A stretch of 64,000 nucleotides of DNA from Gammaproteobacteria bacterium (GTDB taxonomy: Bacteria > Pseudomonadota > Gammaproteobacteria > UBA4575), in NCBI GenBank assembly GCA_028279275.1, contig JANQOB010000020.1, positions 1,890-65,889 on the forward strand, given 5' to 3'. Under the pieces are notes generated by a model. The model ran no database searches, was not told the origin of the DNA, and saw only the letters and a program-made list of their open reading frames with translations. Numbering within the stretch: position 1 is the stretch's first letter; each line of letters starts with the position of its first letter. The position numbers and the translations under genes were made by a program. Below are positions 59,360 through 64,000 of the stretch, piece after piece.

Positions 59360-61837
59360 TTAGAGGGGTAGAGACATACGTTCCATTAGATAGCAAAGAC
59401 AGTCTTGTCTAATAACCATTTCATCCAAGGTCAGCATGGCAGGCATCATCGAATGGTTGAGTCTAATTTTGTTTTCATAGATATGAAAAATTTCTTCTCC
59501 AATTTCATCATCATCATCATTAAATGCAAGTAATCGAGCTGACGAGCTATTCTTGATTTTTGCAAAGCTTGTATTAGCGGGCATCTCCGTAAAATTCATT
59601 TTATCTAATTCGTTAGTAAATAATATATCTGAACCATCATCTGTGAAGCTAAAGGAAAATTCTTCAGGAACTTTCACACGTGCGAGTGTGTGGAATAAAT
59701 GAATATCCTGAGGGGCAATGCGATGTTCAGGGATAGTATTAATGTGTAAAACAGCATCGACAAAGTTCAGTGCGTGCTGTGTTCCACCTTCTGTATACGA
59801 TTTACCGCATTCTAATGTCACAGATGGGCAAAGGTCGGCAAATGCCATCGACTGTACTCCCTTGGGAGATAAAAAATAGACCACGGTTGGTCCAAACAAA
59901 GCAGCTAAATGCAAGAACTCATTGTCTAGTTTGTTAATACACGCATAATGAGGATTCAAACCAGTATTGTTGTGTATATCGATGCTTGCAAATACATTTT
60001 TGCTTTTCATTTCATTAACTATTTGTTGCATTACAGCCGCTTCTTGGGAATTTGGGTAGTTTGTAATTGGCCAAACACGATTGTAATCATGCTGGGTATC
60101 CAAGAAACGCAATCCATGGCGGGCAGCCTGTGTATTTCCGAAAAATATAGATACAGATCTTGGTAATCTGGTATTTTCATATTTACGAAGTAACTCTTGA
60201 ACCACATAAAAACCGGTACTTTCATTCCCATGTAACAACACACTAATAAAAACTATTTCCGGCCTCATTCCTTGTAGATGTAGCAAGGTAGGTTCTGGAA
60301 AAATCTTATAAAGATCTTCTGCACTTACATCAAGCAATTCTTTCGGAAAGCTTTCCAGTTGCTTAAGTTCTAATGACTTAGCGGGTATATTCTTATTCAT
60401 TTTATTGCGTTTAATTTCCCAAGTATGAACAGGTTGCTCTGTACGTTGTAACTCTAAATAAGCATGAGTGAGTTCAGTCATATCACTACTATGCTTAGAA
60501 ACGTATTTTCTTTGCCAACTTGCACCTGTTTGTTCATTCGTCACGCGTGATTCGATCACATTTAAATATTTCCTTATATCTTGTGAACAAATTTTTAAGT
60601 CATTTAAACCATGTTCGGCTTGAGTCAATAATTCATCCAGAAATAAGGCTTTCAACTTTCTTGGTTTTCCAAACCATTGGACAGTACTTTTTAAATCATT
60701 AGTTGCGGCGAGATAAAAATTATTTTTTGTTTCTTCAAATGTTGGTAACGCTTGACCTTGTTTTAAACGCTGTGCCCAAAATTGTTGTAAACCGTAAAAA
60801 AAAGCGGCATTCGCCATCATATCGATAAAAGTAGGGCCTGCTGCAATTACACGATGTTCAACGCGTATATGGGCTTCACCACTTTCACTAAATCCAATTA
60901 AAGGCCTGTTCCATCTCCATATGGTTCCATTATGTAAACGTAAATGACTAAGCTTTGCATTGTTGTCATCAATTATTGGAAGCAGAATATGAAAGTCTTT
61001 CAAGTTTTCATGAAAGCATTCCAAAATGGAATCTTGCACGAATCCGCTGCCAAAACTCACTCTTTTAAAAGGCGCATTTGGGTTGTCTGTGTCAATAGAT
61101 TGTTCAAACAATGGAATTCTTGTTTCACTCCATACATTTTTGCCAAAGGCGAAAGGGGAATTAGCCGTGATGGCTACTAAAGGTGCAGAAATAATAGAAG
61201 ATGCATTGTAATAATGATGTGCGTCTTGTACGGGTACTTTTGTATGAATTTGAAAAGAAGTAGTTGAAGCTTCTATCATTACATCATGGCTGTATACATC
61301 GAGTACTTCATTTCCTTGAATGTGTAAATGCAATGGCTTCTTTCTGCGTCGATCCATAATCTCACTGTTCAACGCTCTATAACGGTTCATGTCAGACATT
61401 GAATGTTCATTTAAATCAGAAAGATTTAATGTAGGTAATGTGCCAATGAGTAATAATGAGGATGAGAGGCTCAGGCTATCGGCTACTTTTTCAGCATGTC
61501 TCCATGTAGCCAGTAATTCTTCATGAAAATCCGATAACACTGTACCGGATAACTTTCTTGGAGTGTTATTAAACTCAAGATTAAATTTTGCAAGCTCTGG
61601 GGTAACAAGTTCTGAGTCAAATCGATCCAGAAATTCTTTATTTAAAGGTGCAGGTTGTAGAGATTCATTTAATAACCAGCTTTCAATTTCAAAACCACCC
61701 ATTAAGCCATCATTTGATAATGCGTTATCTTCAAACCATGATGATAGTAGAGCCGTTTCTTGTTCTAATACCTGTCGAAATATCTTGTATTCGTCTTTAG
61801 TAAAAAAGGTTTTTTCAATTTCCTGACCCATATTCAA
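59360..61837 (-). CDS. Glutamate-cysteine ligase (GCS2)-family domain fused to an M14 succinylglutamate desuccinylase/aspartoacylase domain
   Basis: N-half GFEIE, ELAKFNLE, SFQIH, WRWNR, RVEHR and PVHTW. C-half LLHGNE, DYNRVW, DIHNNTG and LECG. Confidence 0.85.
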   Translation of the reverse strand: MNMGQEIEKTFFTKDEYKIFRQVLEQETALLSSWFEDNALSNDGLMGGFEIESWLLNESLQPAPLNKEFLDRFDSELVTPELAKFNLEFNNTPRKLSGTVLSDFHEELLATWRHAEKVADSLSLSSSLLLIGTLPTLNLSDLNEHSMSDMNRYRALNSEIMDRRRKKPLHLHIQGNEVLDVYSHDVMIEASTTSFQIHTKVPVQDAHHYYNASSIISAPLVAITANSPFAFGKNVWSETRIPLFEQSIDTDNPNAPFKRVSFGSGFVQDSILECFHENLKDFHILLPIIDDNNAKLSHLRLHNGTIWRWNRPLIGFSESGEAHIRVEHRVIAAGPTFIDMMANAAFFYGLQQFWAQRLKQGQALPTFEETKNNFYLAATNDLKSTVQWFGKPRKLKALFLDELLTQAEHGLNDLKICSQDIRKYLNVIESRVTNEQTGASWQRKYVSKHSSDMTELTHAYLELQRTEQPVHTWEIKRNKMNKNIPAKSLELKQLESFPKELLDVSAEDLYKIFPEPTLLHLQGMRPEIVFISVLLHGNESTGFYVVQELLRKYENTRLPRSVSIFFGNTQAARHGLRFLDTQHDYNRVWPITNYPNSQEAAVMQQIVNEMKSKNVFASIDIHNNTGLNPHYACINKLDNEFLHLAALFGPTVVYFLSPKGVQSMAFADLCPSVTLECGKSYTEGGTQHALNFVDAVLHINTIPEHRIAPQDIHLFHTLARVKVPEEFSFSFTDDGSDILFTNELDKMNFTEMPANTSFAKIKNSSSARLLAFNDDDDEIGEEIFHIYENKIRLNHSMMPAMLTLDEMVIRQDCLCYLMERMSLPL

Positions 61838-61996
61838 ATATGCTAGCAGATAAATTCTACTTTCCTAAGAGTGTTACCTGACCTAAATCAATAAAATAAT
61901 TGCTATGTGGTTATTTCCACTAATTTACCCAATTACACTGTAAATTCAGTACACCTTATATGACTAAAGCGAATTCTGAGATTAGATGTAGCTTAA

Positions 61997-62707
61997 TTAG
62001 CTTTTACCATAAACAGGCACAGCTGCTCCGGTAACACCCTTTGCTTGTTCAGAACACAGATGCAAAATTTGATTGGCTAAATCGGTGGTGGGTACCCAGT
62101 TACTAAAGTTTGCATCGGGCATATCATTTCTGTTTTGTTGAGTGTCGACTGTGCCAGGTAGAATGCAGTTCACATTGATGTTATTCAATTTATGTTCTGT
62201 TGCTAAGCTTTGAGTGAGTGTGATAACTGCTGCTTTGCTTACGCAATAAGGCGCCATTTTAGCTTTTCCTTCGATTGCAGCACGTGCGGCGACATTTACA
62301 ATTTTGCCCTTTTGTTTTTCTAACATGTGTGGGATGACTGCACGGCACATAAGAAACACACTTTTTGCATTTAGATTTAGCATGAATTCCCAATCCGCTA
62401 CAGAAGTTTCATGCACCATAGGGCCCATTTTGAAACCGCCTGCTACATTAGCAAGACAATCAATTTGATTAAAACGATCTACGATATTTGCAACCGAATC
62501 ACTCACGGAATTAACATCCGTTAAATCGGTTTTAAACATCCCAACATTTTTGGCATTCTTCCAACGTGGATGGGACAGTTTGGAAAAGTCGATGTCTACT
62601 AGCGCAATGTTAGCCCCTGCACGAAAAAATAACTCAGCTGTTGTAGAGCCTAAAGCTCCTGCTGCACCCGTAACGATTACAGTTTGTGATGAAAAATCAA
62701 AACGCAT
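61997..62707 (-). CDS. Short-chain dehydrogenase/reductase
   Basis: TGAAGALG, NVAGGF, YCVSK and LPGTVDT motifs. Confidence 0.92.
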   Translation of the reverse strand: MRFDFSSQTVIVTGAAGALGSTTAELFFRAGANIALVDIDFSKLSHPRWKNAKNVGMFKTDLTDVNSVSDSVANIVDRFNQIDCLANVAGGFKMGPMVHETSVADWEFMLNLNAKSVFLMCRAVIPHMLEKQKGKIVNVAARAAIEGKAKMAPYCVSKAAVITLTQSLATEHKLNNINVNCILPGTVDTQQNRNDMPDANFSNWVPTTDLANQILHLCSEQAKGVTGAAVPVYGKS

Positions 62708-62795
62708 AATTCAACCTTGATATATTTTAATCGAATGCTTAATTGTATGTGCATTCAATCGTATTTTATGGTTGTTTTTTATGCAATTAAAAAAG

Positions 62796-64000
62796 TTACT
62801 TTGCCAAGGTTTCCGGGAAATAACCCGTCCATGCAAACCAATAAGAAATATGCCCGGGGAGACGGGAGAGTTTTTTATTGTTGGGGCCAATAAGTTCGTT
62901 TTCAGTTAGTGTCCAGACTTGATTGTCCGCTGTTAATTCACCACTTTCTGAAAGCTTGAATTGAATGCCATCAGAGCGATAGGCGCGTACAGTTTCAGAT
63001 TTTTCATTGCCAATTAATACGATAGGGATGATGCCAATTTGATCATTTATTACGGTTTGCTTTTTAAAGGATGAAAGTGGCCAGGCTTTATTGGCGCCAC
63101 TGATGCGTAGACCAAACACTTTTTCTTTTTTATTTAGAGTTTTATCTTGCACGCTGGCGGGGAACATAAGCTCTTCACTGAAGAAATAGGCACCGTAAGC
63201 CGCGCCTGGCGTGTAGTCACGATGGAAGCCTGTATCTTCTGCCAATACTTTAGTGTCTGGATGTTGTTTGAGCCATTCTCCCCAGGTAGTGGTCACGAGT
63301 GGCAGAACTTCAAGTTTTATTCCACTATTGGTAAGTTTTCCGACAACAGGTTGACCGTTAAATTGATTCCACAACGAATGGGTTTCTTGGTCGTACATTA
63401 GTTTGTTTGAGCGATATAAAAACCCTGAAGAGCCAAAAATAATGGGTTCTTTGTTAGAACCAATTTGGGTTTTATACAAAATGCCCGAACCACATAGGGT
63501 GCAGTAGGCTAATGATACGGCTACTCCACCGATTTCATCATTTAACATTTCGTGCCAGTCCATAAAACGGTAAGGATAAGCCCGAGTATCACCGTTTATA
63601 GAGATTCCAAAGACCAGTTCTTTGTCTGTGATGTAATCCGCTTCATTTGCCAGGATTAATTTGGGGTTGGTAAGCGCAGGAATACCATCTTTACGTACGC
63701 CGCCCCATAAAATTTCTTCAAGACGAATTTGTCGTTCAATATCGGGATAGAAAAAAATATCAAAGTTTTTATCTATTCGCTTGAATACTTTTTCTAAATA
63801 AATTTCATTATTTGTGAATGGTTCAGTTGGGTTGTCTTGCCACCATACAATCCATTCAAACCAGTTTTTACCGAAATCTTCACCGGTGAGTTCTTTTAAG
63901 ACAAGTAATGTCTGTGAAGAATCTTCTGGGAAATATCGTAAGCTGCGAATAAGGGGAGGAACTACGTCCGTTTGACCTCTTTCTAGCATCCATTCTCGTG
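62796..64000 (-). CDS. DUF3179 domain protein (5' end lies beyond the window)
   Basis: GGVRKDGIPAL, RAYP, WHEMLND, YCTLCGS, SNKLMYD..T.SLW and YWFAW motifs; the frame stays open to the window edge. Confidence 0.88.
   Translation of the reverse strand, partial: REWMLERGQTDVVPPLIRSLRYFPEDSSQTLLVLKELTGEDFGKNWFEWIVWWQDNPTEPFTNNEIYLEKVFKRIDKNFDIFFYPDIERQIRLEEILWGGVRKDGIPALTNPKLILANEADYITDKELVFGISINGDTRAYPYRFMDWHEMLNDEIGGVAVSLAYCTLCGSGILYKTQIGSNKEPIIFGSSGFLYRSNKLMYDQETHSLWNQFNGQPVVGKLTNSGIKLEVLPLVTTTWGEWLKQHPDTKVLAEDTGFHRDYTPGAAYGAYFFSEELMFPASVQDKTLNKKEKVFGLRISGANKAWPLSSFKKQTVINDQIGIIPIVLIGNEKSETVRAYRSDGIQFKLSESGELTADNQVWTLTENELIGPNNKKLSRLPGHISYWFAWTGYFPETLAK

Noticed and set aside
62796-64000. 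Selenoprotein recoding in DUF3179
   Set aside because: The motif is a plain CTLC with no in-frame TGA in the visible part.
1-64000. CRISPR arrays, tRNA/rRNA genes, IS elements, prophage or defence systems
   Set aside because: No spaced direct repeats, cloverleafs, transposases, integrases or phage genes were recognised. The other short nested ORFs in the track are shadows of longer genes.

Overview
AT-rich chromosomal window from a probably marine gammaproteobacterium, judged from the gene set. No rRNA, tRNA, CRISPR array, IS element or prophage was recognised. Recognisable content: the end of a type IV minor-pilin operon (pilV-W-X-Y1), dinB, an uncharacterised cytoplasmic molybdopterin oxidoreductase paired with an FNR/2x[4Fe-4S] reductase, a YbjQ/M48 operon, glycerate kinase, gltBD, ttcA, an ABC-F (YbiT-like) gene, phoX, an 8-gene cfa/DUF1365 fatty-acid modification cluster with a divergent two-component system, redox genes (Grx-TrxR fusion, DoxX, RclA/MerA-like enzyme) and a GCS2-M14 peptidase fusion. 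The most striking element is a compact minus-strand unit at about 13.5-14.6 kb. It has a sigma70 promoter and an almost leaderless 51-aa leader peptide that the ORF track misses. A multi-segment attenuator follows, whose predicted logic gives read-through only when a ribosome fails to reach the leader stop codon. Then come two paralogous ~75-aa 'FPVP' proteins that both end in an ssrA-like -AA, and a small basic protein with an arfA-style long hairpin inside the 3' end of its coding sequence. Together this looks like an undescribed translation-stress or alternative ribosome-rescue operon; that is inference and was not tested. Two small secreted-protein genes carry apparent frameshifts, so indel errors in the assembly are possible. 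All family assignments come from motif recognition by eye; no searches were run.
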